From: Candidatus Bathyarchaeia archaeon
GTDB taxonomy: Archaea; Thermoproteota; CALKCG01; B24
NCBI GenBank assembly: GCA_038870975.1
Contig: JAVZJD010000001.1
Coordinates: forward strand, 832,001-896,000
DNA length: 64,000 nucleotides
Direction: 5' to 3'
Below are positions 28,414 to 38,845 of the stretch, in pieces; the first letter of the stretch is position 1; each line of letters opens with the position of its first letter. A program made the translations under genes and the position numbers. A model generated the notes under the pieces. That model was given only the letters and a program-made list of their open reading frames with translations. It was not told the origin of the DNA and made no database searches.

Positions 28414-30495
28414 TTAATCGCTAGACGTATAGTAGACTCTGTAGATTACTACGCCTGTGACTCTACCATTGTATCCTCCTGATGCTAGACTGCTTGAGTA
28501 GAATACAGGCTTTATGTGCTCGGATTCGTGGAATATTGGACCTAAGTAAATTCCTCCACTGTCGATTGGGTAGAATTTGAAAGGTATGAGTTCTCCTATT
28601 AAAGATGCTGAGAACTTAGCTGTCGGATTTCCATCGGTTATATAGTCGGTCTCGTTTAAACCCGCTATTCTAATCATCCATATGAATTTGTTCTCCTCAC
28701 CGTAACCCTCAGGTTGATAATAGTAGTAGCCTCCATAGCTTCTGACGACGAAGTCTACGAAGACCACTACATAGCTCACGTTGTACTGCTTCATCGTCTG
28801 TATTGCTTCTTCTTCCGGCGATAGAAAAGTACGTGCTATTACAGCTATTTGGGTAGAGTTTAAAGTTGCATTGTCTGCAAGCGTTGTCTTATTGCTCATT
28901 ATGGTTATCCAATAGCCGTAGTCCCACCAGGCCATTACTACGGAATCGTCTGGAACGTTTTCTTTAAGCCATTTTAAAGCTTCAATCCAGTCTCCCCTAA
29001 ACTCATTAACTGGGACTGATGAGCATGCTAATGTGACAGGGCTGTCGGCGGTCTGTATGCCGAAGTAAACAAGCGGGATTACAGAAAGAGACACTAATAG
29101 TACTCCAAATACCACTATCACCTCCTTTCCGAGAGATATCCCTCTTCTTCTAGCCGTAGATGAGCTTTCAAAAACTCTAGTCAAAGACTTGAGTATTTTA
29201 ATTATAGAGTATGCTCCTGCTAAACACGCTGGTGCGGCTAAAATTAACACTAGTCTAACGTAGGATGCTGCCGAGTATAGAGTTGTTAAGAGCTGTATGA
29301 CTAAGAAAATATGTTTATTGTCTAACTCGTAGACAGCTATCAGCACGTAGACTGGTATTAAGGCCAGCAGGAAGCCTAGGCTTGTGAAGAAACTTATCCA
29401 AGTTGCAGGTCTATGCTCTCCAACAGACTGTATGAGGGGTATAAACGCTCTATACAATGGCTCTAAAACTGCGTAATACTTAGTAGGTACCCCTGTCACG
29501 AGTCCGAGCGTCCATGCCGCGTAAAACACTGCTATAGAGGCGGCGATGAACGCGGTTACAGCAGCTAGACGCATTTTAAACCTCTCTACTTTTCTATTAA
29601 CGATAAGACCGTAGGATAAGAATATGAGAAGACCTAGTGCAGCTACACCCGTTACCTCTCTTATTATGCCTAAACCGACTCTTGGAACACTTATGGCTAT
29701 ACATAACCCGCTACATATCATAATTCCATATGAAACTACATACTTCGTTCTATAATCCTTTAAAACTATGAAGAAGGTTGAAAGAGCTAGAAGTCCTAAA
29801 GCATATCTCGCAGTCCCCCACGATGCAAACAGATATCCCAACATCACACCCGTTAAAAGCGCATAAGCTAGAGAGTTTTTAAGGTCTCGCTCTGGGTCCA
29901 TAGCCCTCACGTAGAATAGGGAGAGTAAAGTCAACGCGAATATTCCAACTGTTTCGTCGTCAAACCATCCGAGGTGTGTTCTAGATATGTAGGCTGGGCA
30001 GACTGCCATGAAAAGCGAGGATAGTAATGCTACGGATAATCCACCGTAGTCCTTACCCAAGTAGAATATGGCTATACACGTTAAAACGGACATTATTATT
30101 GGAAAATAGCATAGGAATTCATACAACGTCATCGAGAGGCCGATCGTTTTTGCAATAATGTAGAAAAACGCAGCAGTCATAGGTAACCCAGGATATATTG
30201 TCCTAGTCATATCTCTACCGCTTGGATACCACGACTTATAGTCTCTCCAATCAAGCCAAGATAGAAATCCCTTCTCCATTATTCTCTCTGTTACTCTATA
30301 CTGTAGATATGGGTCAAACTCGTGAAGATATACTCCCCACTTCGCAGGTAGCGATCTTATAATAAACGCAGATGCTAGTATCAAACACATAGCAGTTAAA
30401 ACCAATAAAGTTTTAACTGTTCCACGCGTCACTTTAACTTCCTTAAGAAGTTTAAAAAACTCCGTCAATCTCCTTAGTGTTTTCTGAGACATCAA
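28414..30495 (-). CDS. aglB: Oligosaccharyltransferase AglB/STT3
   Basis: HEFDPY, GWFDDE, SVGEH, WWDYGYWI, TLADNAT; multi-TM N-terminus. Confidence 0.95.
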   Translation of the reverse strand: MMSQKTLRRLTEFFKLLKEVKVTRGTVKTLLVLTAMCLILASAFIIRSLPAKWGVYLHEFDPYLQYRVTERIMEKGFLSWLDWRDYKSWYPSGRDMTRTIYPGLPMTAAFFYIIAKTIGLSMTLYEFLCYFPIIMSVLTCIAIFYLGKDYGGLSVALLSSLFMAVCPAYISRTHLGWFDDETVGIFALTLLSLFYVRAMDPERDLKNSLAYALLTGVMLGYLFASWGTARYALGLLALSTFFIVLKDYRTKYVVSYGIMICSGLCIAISVPRVGLGIIREVTGVAALGLLIFLSYGLIVNRKVERFKMRLAAVTAFIAASIAVFYAAWTLGLVTGVPTKYYAVLEPLYRAFIPLIQSVGEHRPATWISFFTSLGFLLALIPVYVLIAVYELDNKHIFLVIQLLTTLYSAASYVRLVLILAAPACLAGAYSIIKILKSLTRVFESSSTARRRGISLGKEVIVVFGVLLVSLSVIPLVYFGIQTADSPVTLACSSVPVNEFRGDWIEALKWLKENVPDDSVVMAWWDYGYWITIMSNKTTLADNATLNSTQIAVIARTFLSPEEEAIQTMKQYNVSYVVVFVDFVVRSYGGYYYYQPEGYGEENKFIWMIRIAGLNETDYITDGNPTAKFSASLIGELIPFKFYPIDSGGIYLGPIFHESEHIKPVFYSSSLASGGYNGRVTGVVIYRVYYTSSD

Positions 30496-30521
30496 GCCAC
30501 CCCATGTAACTAAGGTAAAAA

Positions 30522-30707
30522 CTACTCGGAAAATCCGTCATTTTGAATCCTTTTAACCTCAACCCTTTCAGGGCTCAGCTTTAAAGGCTTATTACAATTC
30601 GGACATATGCGGTTGTACTTGCTGAGTATTTCCTCAGGATTTACCAGCTCATCTCCACAGTACAGCATGTGTTTACAATTGCTACAAACAACCTTCTGAG
30701 GCATCAT
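30522..30707 (-). CDS. Small zinc-ribbon protein
   Basis: CSNC...CPNC, about 60 aa, co-oriented directly upstream of aglB. Confidence 0.7.
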   Translation of the reverse strand: MMPQKVVCSNCKHMLYCGDELVNPEEILSKYNRICPNCNKPLKLSPERVEVKRIQNDGFSE

Positions 30708-30749
30708 AAAATGACTCCCATTACCGCTATTAAACTTTTACTAGCTCAC

Positions 30750-31790
30750 CTATTCAACGTAGGTTACCTTTCCTGTTTTAACGAATTTCAAAGGCGCTCC
30801 TCGCTCTAAAGCCATATGATAAGTTAAAGCGTAAATCGGCGGCAACTCAACCAAAGCATCTGTATAATCGTCTGGCGGTTCGTCGATTCTAATCGGCATA
30901 CATTTTCCAAACGTTTCACCCTCAGCATAATCTATTAATACAGTCGGCGAGCCAAACTCCGCTACGTCAAATGCCATTTTAACGTTCAAACTCCTCGTCT
31001 CCTTCGGTCCTGACATAACTATTACACCCAACGTTGGACTTACTATCTCCATTGGACCGTGTCTAAATTGTGCTGCTGAATAGCCTTCACAGTGGATTTT
31101 AGCCATTTCCTTCATAACCAACGCCCCCGTATATGCGGATGAAACTGTAGGCCCTCTGCTCACGATCACAATTGAATTACACCTAGCAAGCTTTACAGCT
31201 ATCTGCCTACAATCATCTAAACATCTACGTTGATATTTCTCTATGATATCTGCAGCTTTTAACAGTTTTTCTTTTTCAGAATCTACTTTTTCTCCCGCAA
31301 AGTCTGCTGACAGCATGTGTAAAGCCGCCAGTAAAGCCAAGTGGCTTTTAGAAGCTGCTAAATGTTCTTCTCCAGCCTTAGTGGGAACCACTAGATGGCT
31401 CTTAGAGGCTAAAGTACTGTTTGGATTATCTGTTACAGCTACTGTAAACGCATCTTCAGGCATAGACTCTAAAAGTCTAACTACTTCAACAGTTTCACCC
31501 GACCTTGAAGTTATAACCGTTACAGAGCCTTTTAAAATGTCAACCATATAGTGTAGGAGCTCAGATGTCTCAACGATCTGAATGTTCAACCCAGCTTTAT
31601 TCAATTTAAACCACGATGGTAGAAGCGCATAGTATGAGTTTCCCATACCTGTCATAACTATACGTTTAAACTCTCCCCTCTTCACTCTTTCAACTAGGCT
31701 TTCAACTTCGCCTCTAACGTCTAAGTATGAAGCTACAGTACTACGAATAGCCTTAGGCTGGCTGAACATCTCTTCTAGAAATAGGCTCAC
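30750..31790 (-). CDS. Double-SIS sugar isomerase/deaminase (GlmD-like glucosamine-6-phosphate deaminase)
   Basis: EMFSQP, GMGNSY, SRSGET.E, MKEMAKIHCEG, FRHGP.E; no glutaminase domain. Confidence 0.85.
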   Translation of the reverse strand: MSLFLEEMFSQPKAIRSTVASYLDVRGEVESLVERVKRGEFKRIVMTGMGNSYYALLPSWFKLNKAGLNIQIVETSELLHYMVDILKGSVTVITSRSGETVEVVRLLESMPEDAFTVAVTDNPNSTLASKSHLVVPTKAGEEHLAASKSHLALLAALHMLSADFAGEKVDSEKEKLLKAADIIEKYQRRCLDDCRQIAVKLARCNSIVIVSRGPTVSSAYTGALVMKEMAKIHCEGYSAAQFRHGPMEIVSPTLGVIVMSGPKETRSLNVKMAFDVAEFGSPTVLIDYAEGETFGKCMPIRIDEPPDDYTDALVELPPIYALTYHMALERGAPLKFVKTGKVTYVE

Positions 31791-31982
31791 GGGAAATCAC
31801 TGTCTAAAGTTGAAGACAATCGCTATTTAAATGTGTCTTTTCATAGTTTTTCAAGTTTAAGTTTCAAACATAGGCTCTCAATCCACCATTAACATCTTAG
31901 GGAAGTGTAAATCTAGCTTTAATGAGCTTAAAATCTTCTCTATTCATACTTTCTCATGAAGCACCGTAATCGATCCACATAG

Positions 31983-32753
31983 TCACAGCGGTATTCTTGT
32001 ACCATCATCTGCAACTACGACCTGCCCTGAATAATATCTACGTATATTCTCTTCTATCTCCTTCTTATTCTCATCCCAATCTGGGTGTATATGCGTTATG
32101 ACGAGTTTCGACACTTTATTCCTCTCGGCTATTGTGCCTATTTCGTCCAATGGATGATGGCCGAATTCATGGATAAGTATACTACATTCAGTTAAGTAAG
32201 GCTCGACTTCTGACCTGCCTACATCTCCCGTGTAGATTATCTTATGCTCTCTAAGCCGAATGATGAATCCTAAAGCGTTTATCGTGAGCTCTGGATAATT
32301 CTCTGAATATCTCTGATACCACTTTAAGTGAGAATTTTCGAAAAACTGGACTTTCAACTCCCCCCTGTCGTAAACCTGACCATGACCAACCTCTCTAACG
32401 TCTACCTTAAAGGGAAGCACCTCGGGGAATAGGTAGCAGTATTCTAAAATCTTCAGAATCTTCCCACTAGTCCCCCGTGGTCCAAGTATTTCTAAGACAT
32501 CCCTCCTATCCTTCAACTGAAGCGTCTGAATCAATAACGGCAAGTCGGCGACGTGATCGGCGTGGAAATGACTTATAAATACAGCCTTTAGGTCGAGTGG
32601 ATTGTAACCCATCCTCTGAAGTAGTGAACTACATGGTGCGCCGCAATCGAATAGGTATAGACTTCTATCGACCGATATTCCAATCGATGTGCAGAAGCGG
32701 TTTTTAGTTGGAACACCAGATGCAGAGCCCAAAATAAATATCTCATCAACCAT
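31983..32753 (-). CDS. Metallo-beta-lactamase fold hydrolase (RNase Z/BN-like)
   Basis: ILGSASGVP, FDCG, HFHADH, YTGD, ITHIHP; ATG at about 32753 preferred over 32807. Confidence 0.8.
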   Translation of the reverse strand: MVDEIFILGSASGVPTKNRFCTSIGISVDRSLYLFDCGAPCSSLLQRMGYNPLDLKAVFISHFHADHVADLPLLIQTLQLKDRRDVLEILGPRGTSGKILKILEYCYLFPEVLPFKVDVREVGHGQVYDRGELKVQFFENSHLKWYQRYSENYPELTINALGFIIRLREHKIIYTGDVGRSEVEPYLTECSILIHEFGHHPLDEIGTIAERNKVSKLVITHIHPDWDENKKEIEENIRRYYSGQVVVADDGTRIPL

Positions 32754-32899
32754 ACTCGATGCAACACCGAAAACAACATCTAACCCTATAGTTAAAAGGG
32801 TTTTCAAAATCTAGTTGTAGATTGTTAAGCAGGGTTGCTTTATGAAAAGCGGGCTTTTAGACTGATGATATAGCTGGCTTACAACTGACTTGTAAAACT

Positions 32900-33328
32900 T
32901 TAATCAGTCTTCGTTTCTCCAAGGATTTGAGGATCATAAAGTATGCATTCATACCACTTGTATACTCCGTCTTCCCAGACGTAGTAGCTACCCATAAGTT
33001 TCAAGTTGGGATACTTCTTCAATACCCTCTCTTCTGCGATCTTCTGTTTGCTTATATCTCTCTTGATTTTTTTAACACCTAAAGCTTTAGGTCTACGCCC
33101 AGACCTAGGTCTAGGCTTTTCACCAGACCCCTTTCTAATCCTAACCCTTACAACGACTATGCCCGGTTTAGCTTTATAGCCGAGCTTTCTAGCCGTGTGA
33201 AGTTTAGTCGGCTTATCTATCCGTACGATTGCGGGCTGTCTTCTCCATGATATGGCTCTTTCACGCATAAGCTCCGCTATGTAAGACTCTTTAGGCTTCT
33301 TCCAAGCTTCAGCAAGAGCACTATACAT
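32900..33328 (-). CDS. rpl15e: 50S ribosomal protein L15e (short form)
   Basis: WRRQPAIVRIDKPT...ARKLGYKAKPG, GRRPKALG, AEER...KYPNL, SYYVWEDG.YKWYE.IL.DP. Confidence 0.95.
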   Translation of the reverse strand: MYSALAEAWKKPKESYIAELMRERAISWRRQPAIVRIDKPTKLHTARKLGYKAKPGIVVVRVRIRKGSGEKPRPRSGRRPKALGVKKIKRDISKQKIAEERVLKKYPNLKLMGSYYVWEDGVYKWYECILYDPQILGETKTD

Positions 33329-33398
33329 AGTCTCTCCTCTGAATGGGGGCTTTTAAACTCATAAACTTTGCCGCTTAATTAATTTGTCGTTTTTTCAA

Positions 33399-33596
33399 TC
33401 AATCCAGTCTTACGATTTTACACTTGACCCTCTTTAGAACGTCTTCAGCCTTCTCAGCTGGAAGTTTAATCGTATATAGCCTCTTCTTAGTTCTGAGTTT
33501 AAGCTTAACAGTATCCTTAAGCTTCTTAACGCGGCATTCAGACGCTCTTGACGAAATCTCTACAAACTTTTCAACGTCGAATACTTCCTCAGGCAT
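33399..33596 (-). CDS. rpl38e: 50S ribosomal protein L38e
   Basis: MP.E..D...F......A...RVKK....VKLKLRTKKRLYT; adjacent to rpl15e. Confidence 0.85.
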   Translation of the reverse strand: MPEEVFDVEKFVEISSRASECRVKKLKDTVKLKLRTKKRLYTIKLPAEKAEDVLKRVKCKIVRLD

Positions 33597-33651
33597 AGAG
33601 AAACACTTAAAACTTAAATGTTAAAAGCAGAGTTTTAAAGATTTCTTAATA

Positions 33652-34212
33652 TTGACTAGTATAGAAGAATCTGAGGAACGCGCCTCAAAACCCTACGGTG
33701 ATGAGTTAGACGTCTTTCTAAGGGTTTTGACAGTCAATATGCTCGGCGGTCTCTTCTGGGCTCTTCTCCAGCCTTTAAAAGACTATGATTCTTCAGAGGT
33801 TGTGTTTATTGCAGCCTCAGGGATGGTCGTCGGTGTAATCCTAAGCATAGGTAGCCTTCTAACACCTAGAGTATGCTCTAAATTTGAGAAACGTGCCGTC
33901 TATAGGATGGTCTGCGACTTGATGTATAGTCTAATATCTATATACTTAACGGTATCCATGATATTCATTTTAACGGCTTCCGCAATAATGTTAGCCGGCG
34001 GCCACCTCACCATTAGAAGCAATGGAGATATTGTAGCTTCACTCTCTATGGGTGACTTATTGAATTCCTACAGTTTAGACTATCTCCTACAACTATCCAT
34101 AATCTCCATCTTTGGAAGCCCAATCACCGCAATACTGCGGTGTATAAAAGCTAAGATGTCCAGGTGTTTACATAGAAATCGACATAAAAATGGGATTCTC
34201 AATCGGAAGTAG
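33652..34212 (+). CDS. Hypothetical membrane protein (about 4 TM)
   Basis: Hydrophobic segments; fills the gap between rpl38e and htpX. Confidence 0.5.
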   Translation: MTSIEESEERASKPYGDELDVFLRVLTVNMLGGLFWALLQPLKDYDSSEVVFIAASGMVVGVILSIGSLLTPRVCSKFEKRAVYRMVCDLMYSLISIYLTVSMIFILTASAIMLAGGHLTIRSNGDIVASLSMGDLLNSYSLDYLLQLSIISIFGSPITAILRCIKAKMSRCLHRNRHKNGILNRK

Positions 34213-34223
34213 AAGCTCTCCTT

Positions 34224-35195
34224 TTACTGCATCTCTAAGAGTGCTCTAATCCTCTTAACGACGTTTGGGTGTGTTGAGAAGATTTCCATAAGCCTTTCAA
34301 ACCATGTGATTTCACGTGAAGCTATGCTTCTAACCAATTCAGAGTCTCTTGTAACACCGTATCTAGATAATTCTCTAACGTCTCTCGCCGCCGTATCAGG
34401 GTCTGATATGAACAGTGCTTTAAAAGCTCCTACCTCTGGAGTAGAACCTCTTCTAGCTTTATACCTTCCCGTGTAAGTCACTATTTTAGCTAAGGCCTCT
34501 GCTAAGTTTCTCGCGCCGTCTTCTGCTACGGACGCGCTGTGTGTATCTGCATAGTACTCTCTTAGGCGGCTTAAGTATAAGACTACTAGTGAAACTATGT
34601 AGTAGACGACTAGAGACAGCATTCCTATCAATATTAGTAGACTGGCATTATTCCTTCTATCTCTAGAGCTATACCCGCCGAAGTATGCGCTCATCATGAG
34701 GGAGTATCCCACGTAGTAGAATATCGCAGGTAAAACTGAGGCAAACATCATTACGTGTACGTCTTTATGCTTTAAATGTCCCAATTCATGCCCTATAACA
34801 GCTTCAACCTCTTCTTCATCTAGGATATCTAAGAGACCCTCTGTAACGGCGACTCTAGACCCAGTTAGAGGACTACCGTAGGCGAAGGCGTTAGGTATAG
34901 GTATTCGAGCTATCATCACCTTGGGTTTATCTATTTTCGACCTTCGGCTGAGTCTTTCGACGATTTCGTGTAGTCTCGGATACTGATATGGCGATGCCTC
35001 CCGAACTCCGTATAATGCGTCTATCATATATGGTGCTATAAGCCATTGGATTAAGTTGAATACGACAACTATAGGCGCTAGGATTAATAGTGGAGCCCCA
35101 GCTAAGCTTAGTATTATTGCGAAGAATAATGTAGATAGTGCTATTAGAAATGCTATTGTGCCAAACATACATAATTTAAGTTTTAACGTCCTCAT
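34224..35195 (-). CDS. htpX: Zinc metalloprotease HtpX (M48)
   Basis: PNAFAYG, HELGH, SRLREYYAD, STHP. Confidence 0.95.
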   Translation of the reverse strand: MRTLKLKLCMFGTIAFLIALSTLFFAIILSLAGAPLLILAPIVVVFNLIQWLIAPYMIDALYGVREASPYQYPRLHEIVERLSRRSKIDKPKVMIARIPIPNAFAYGSPLTGSRVAVTEGLLDILDEEEVEAVIGHELGHLKHKDVHVMMFASVLPAIFYYVGYSLMMSAYFGGYSSRDRRNNASLLILIGMLSLVVYYIVSLVVLYLSRLREYYADTHSASVAEDGARNLAEALAKIVTYTGRYKARRGSTPEVGAFKALFISDPDTAARDVRELSRYGVTRDSELVRSIASREITWFERLMEIFSTHPNVVKRIRALLEMQ

Positions 35196-35309
35196 GTTTC
35201 TTCAAGTTGTTTTTGAATTTTTACTCTTAAAAAGTTTACTACCTGCAGTGTAAACGTAGTGAATAAGCTTATTAATATGTCCAGCCACCATATTAGAGGC
35301 TGATAGATA

Positions 35310-35606
35310 TTGAAGGTTTCAGACCTTAGAAAAGGTATGCGTGGTGTTAACGTCAAAGGGGAAATAACAGACATCTCTGAGACGAAGGAAGTAGTAACCA
35401 GGTATGGTACAACCGCTAAAGTAGCCACTGCAACTCTCAAAGACGACTCTGGATCTGTTAAACTTACTCTATGGAATGAAGACATTGAAAAGGTCTCACC
35501 GGGGGCTCTTATAGAGATAAACAACGGCTATACGAGTGTGTTTAGAGGGGTCCTCCAGCTTAATATAGGTAGATTTGGAAAATTGAAAGTCTTAAACGAG
35601 GAGTGA
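35310..35606 (+). CDS. ssb: Single-OB-fold ssDNA-binding protein (crenarchaeal SSB-like)
   Basis: KVSDL..GM..VNV, D.SG.V.LTLW, I.NGY...FRG.LQLNIGRFG. Confidence 0.85.
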   Translation: MKVSDLRKGMRGVNVKGEITDISETKEVVTRYGTTAKVATATLKDDSGSVKLTLWNEDIEKVSPGALIEINNGYTSVFRGVLQLNIGRFGKLKVLNEE

Positions 35607-35685
35607 AACATCTCCTACAAACTTTTTAAACAGCTCCCCCTATGGGGTTATTGATGTCTATAGGCTGTCTAAGTGGTGGGGAGGT

Positions 35686-36999
35686 TTGACCATACCTCTG
35701 GAGTGGAGGAGAAGCCACCTATCGAAGGAGGTGACACCGTCTCTAAACGGGAGTCGAGTCGTACTGCTAGGCATGGTTTTAAGCGTTAGGAGACAGGGTG
35801 GTTTATGTTTTATAATCCTCCAAGATGGATGTGGAACCATACAGATAACCGCCCATAAAGATAGGGCGCCTGCTCAAGTTTTTGATAAACTGGTTGAGCT
35901 TACTCCCCACAGCTACATCGGTGTTAAAGGGGTTGTAAAATCTATTGAAAAAGCTCCCAGAGGCGTTGAAGTTGAAGCCGAAGACCTATACGTCTTCTCA
36001 GAGCCTAAAAAACTTCCGCCGTTTGAAATGTTCGCTAAAACGCTTCCAAGCTTAGACAAGAGGCTTGAAATAAGGGCTGTGGATTTGCGCAGACCTAGGT
36101 CTCAAGCTATTTTCAAACTTAAACACCAGGTTTTACAGAGCATTAGAAGCTTCCTAGTTGAGAAGGACTTCATAGAAGTCAATACGCCTAAAATCATAGG
36201 CTCTGCTACGGAGGGAGGTGCGGCTTTATTCCCACTGCTCTACTACGATAAGGAAGCCTTTCTTGCTCAAAGCCCCCAGCTCTACAAAGAGCAATTGTCT
36301 TCCGTCTTTGAACGGGTTTTTGAAATTGGCCCAGTCTTCAGGGCGGAGAAGTTTAAAACGCCTAGACACCTTAGCGAGATAACTTCCGTCGATGTTGAAA
36401 TGGCTTTTGCAGACTATGAAGACGTAATGCGGCTCCTCGAAGAAATGATAAGCTTCGTAATAGGGAGCCTAGTGGATAAATCTTCTGAAGAGCTTCAGCT
36501 TTTAGAAGTGAAGTTGGAGAAGCCTAAGACGCCCTTTAAACGGATGACATACGACGAAGCCTATAATGCGCTTAGAGATTTAGGAGTTGAAGTTTCATGG
36601 GGTGAGGACTTCTCTACGTTAGCCCTTAGGAGGCTCGGTCGGCTTCACAGAGGCTTTTACTTCATAACAGACTGGCCAACTGTTTCCAAGCCTTTCTACA
36701 TTAAGCCTAGAGATGATAATCCTGAGGTTTCTGAAAGCTTCGACCTAATGTACGGGTCTTTAGAATTGTCTTCAGGAGGCTCTAGAGTCTCGTCACGTGA
36801 ACTCTTGGTTAAACGTTTAAAACAGCAGGGTTTAAACCCAAGGCTTTTCGAATACCATCTTAAAGTCTACGACTACGGTATGCCTCCCCACGCCGGCTTT
36901 GGACTTGGACTTGAGAGGTTCATGATGGTTATAACCGGGGTTCCAAACATAAGAGAGGTTACGCTTTTCCCACGGGATCAGAGTAGGCTTACGCCTTAA
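35686..36999 (+). CDS. aspS: Aspartyl-tRNA synthetase, probably non-discriminating
   Basis: ATEGGA, LAQSPQLYK, FRAE, YGMPPHAGFGLGLER, FPRD; Pro in the KAPRGVEV loop; clustered with gatCAB. Confidence 0.95.
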   Translation: MTIPLEWRRSHLSKEVTPSLNGSRVVLLGMVLSVRRQGGLCFIILQDGCGTIQITAHKDRAPAQVFDKLVELTPHSYIGVKGVVKSIEKAPRGVEVEAEDLYVFSEPKKLPPFEMFAKTLPSLDKRLEIRAVDLRRPRSQAIFKLKHQVLQSIRSFLVEKDFIEVNTPKIIGSATEGGAALFPLLYYDKEAFLAQSPQLYKEQLSSVFERVFEIGPVFRAEKFKTPRHLSEITSVDVEMAFADYEDVMRLLEEMISFVIGSLVDKSSEELQLLEVKLEKPKTPFKRMTYDEAYNALRDLGVEVSWGEDFSTLALRRLGRLHRGFYFITDWPTVSKPFYIKPRDDNPEVSESFDLMYGSLELSSGGSRVSSRELLVKRLKQQGLNPRLFEYHLKVYDYGMPPHAGFGLGLERFMMVITGVPNIREVTLFPRDQSRLTP

Positions 37000-37011
37000 C
37001 GGGTGGTAGAT

Positions 37012-37305
37012 ATGTCCAAGAGAAGGGCAATCACTGTTAAAGACATTAGGCATTTGGCCTGGCTGGCTAGGCTTGAGCTGTCTAAAAAAGAGGAGGAGGT
37101 GTTTAAAAACCAGCTCCCGAAGATTTTAGAGTACTTCAGTAAGATCGATGAAGCTAATGTTGAAGACCTTCCACCCACATTCCACGTAGTTAAACACTAC
37201 AATGTTTTCAGGGAGGATGAGCCCCGTCAATTTCCATCGGATCTAGTGCTTCAAAACCCGCCTAAGAAGAAGGGTAGGTTTATAAAAGCTGCGAGGATCG
37301 TCTGA
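37012..37305 (+). CDS. gatC: Asp-tRNA(Asn)/Glu-tRNA(Gln) amidotransferase subunit C
   Basis: HLAWLARLEL, IL.YF..I, NVFRED, F.KA.RIV. Confidence 0.92.
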   Translation: MSKRRAITVKDIRHLAWLARLELSKKEEEVFKNQLPKILEYFSKIDEANVEDLPPTFHVVKHYNVFREDEPRQFPSDLVLQNPPKKKGRFIKAARIV

Positions 37306-37307
37306 CT

Positions 37308-38771
37308 TTGAAGCTTCTACAGTATTCGGCTGAACATATAGCCTCCGCGGTTAGAAGCGGTGAAGTATCTGCCGTCGAGGTTTTAGATGAAGTTGTTGAA
37401 AGGATAAGGGCTGTAGAGCCTAGGGTGAATGCGTTTATAACGCTTACTAACGATAGAGCGTATGAAAAGGCTAGAGATGTAGATAGGCGTGTAAGAGAAG
37501 GGTTGAAAGTCGGTAGGCTTGCAGGCGTCGTGGTAGCGGTTAAAGACAACATATGTATGATGGGTGTTGAAACAACGTGCGGTTCAAAGATCCTTAAAGG
37601 GTATTTTCCAAGTTATAACGCCACTGTCGTTGAGAGGCTTGAAATGGAGGATGCAGTCCTCATAGGTAAGACGAACATGGATGAATTCGCAATGGGTTCT
37701 ACTACGGAATTCAGCGCCTATAAGACGACTAGAAACCCCTACGATTTAGAGAGGGTTCCAGGAGGTTCTTCTGGCGGTAGTGCGGCAGCCGTAGCTTCAG
37801 GTGAAGCTATAATAGCACTTGGGTCTGATACTGGAGGCTCCATAAGATGCCCAGCGGCATTCTGCGGTGTTGTGGGATTGAAACCGACGTATGGCCTCGT
37901 CAGTAGGTATGGGCTTATCGCATACGCCAACAGCTTAGAGCAGATAGGTCCTATCGCTAGAAACGTTAGAGACTGCGCTCTGGCTTTAAGCGTTATAGCT
38001 GGTTACGACCCTAGGGATAGTACATCTCTTATGGTTCAGCCTGGGGATTACCTGGGAGAGTTGAATACTCCATGCAACCTCAAGGGTTTACGTATAGGAG
38101 TAGTTAGAGAATTCCTAGGGGAGGGTGTTCAAAAGGGTGTAGCCAGCAGGGTTTTAGACGCCGTACACAGCTTAGAAGAACTCGGCGCATCTGTAGGTGA
38201 AGTTTCCCTCAAAAGCTTAGAGTATGCTTTAGCAGCATACTACGTTATAGCTATGTCTGAAGCGAGTTCAAACTTAGCCAGATACGATGGTTTAAGATAC
38301 GGGTTTAGAGCCTCAGATCAAGGTTTAAATTGGACTAGAGCATACGCTAAGAATAGACGTCTAGGCTTTGGTGAAGAAGTTAAACGTAGAATAATCCTAG
38401 GGACATTCGCGCTATCCGCTGGATACTATGAAGCATACTATTTGAAAGCGTTGAAAGTTAGAACGCTCATATTAAACGACTTTCAGAGGGCCTTCAAAGA
38501 GTTCGACGTATTGGCTGGGCCATCAATGCCTACTGTTGCGTTTAAAATAGGTGAGAAGATTGAAGACCCGCTTGAGCTGTACATGTGTGATGTAAACACG
38601 GTGCCAGCTAATTTAGCGGGCTTACCTGCGATATCAATACCCTGCGGTCTATCAGAGGGGCTACCAGTTGGACTGCAGCTTATCGCACCGCCTATGGAGG
38701 AAAGCCTACTGTTTAAAGTTTCATATGCCTATGAAAGTTTAAGTCGATGGAGTTTTACGTTGAAGCCTTAA
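37308..38771 (+). CDS. gatA: Amidotransferase subunit A
   Basis: KDNI, GKTNMDEFAMGS, PGGSSGGSAAAV, GSDTGGSIR, SSNLARYDG. Confidence 0.96.
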   Translation: MKLLQYSAEHIASAVRSGEVSAVEVLDEVVERIRAVEPRVNAFITLTNDRAYEKARDVDRRVREGLKVGRLAGVVVAVKDNICMMGVETTCGSKILKGYFPSYNATVVERLEMEDAVLIGKTNMDEFAMGSTTEFSAYKTTRNPYDLERVPGGSSGGSAAAVASGEAIIALGSDTGGSIRCPAAFCGVVGLKPTYGLVSRYGLIAYANSLEQIGPIARNVRDCALALSVIAGYDPRDSTSLMVQPGDYLGELNTPCNLKGLRIGVVREFLGEGVQKGVASRVLDAVHSLEELGASVGEVSLKSLEYALAAYYVIAMSEASSNLARYDGLRYGFRASDQGLNWTRAYAKNRRLGFGEEVKRRIILGTFALSAGYYEAYYLKALKVRTLILNDFQRAFKEFDVLAGPSMPTVAFKIGEKIEDPLELYMCDVNTVPANLAGLPAISIPCGLSEGLPVGLQLIAPPMEESLLFKVSYAYESLSRWSFTLKP

Positions 38772-38845
38772 GACTGCCCCCCATACAACCTCATACTTGC
38801 CCATCGTAAAACTTCTTAAACCGTATTTTCCCTGCGATTTGATGG

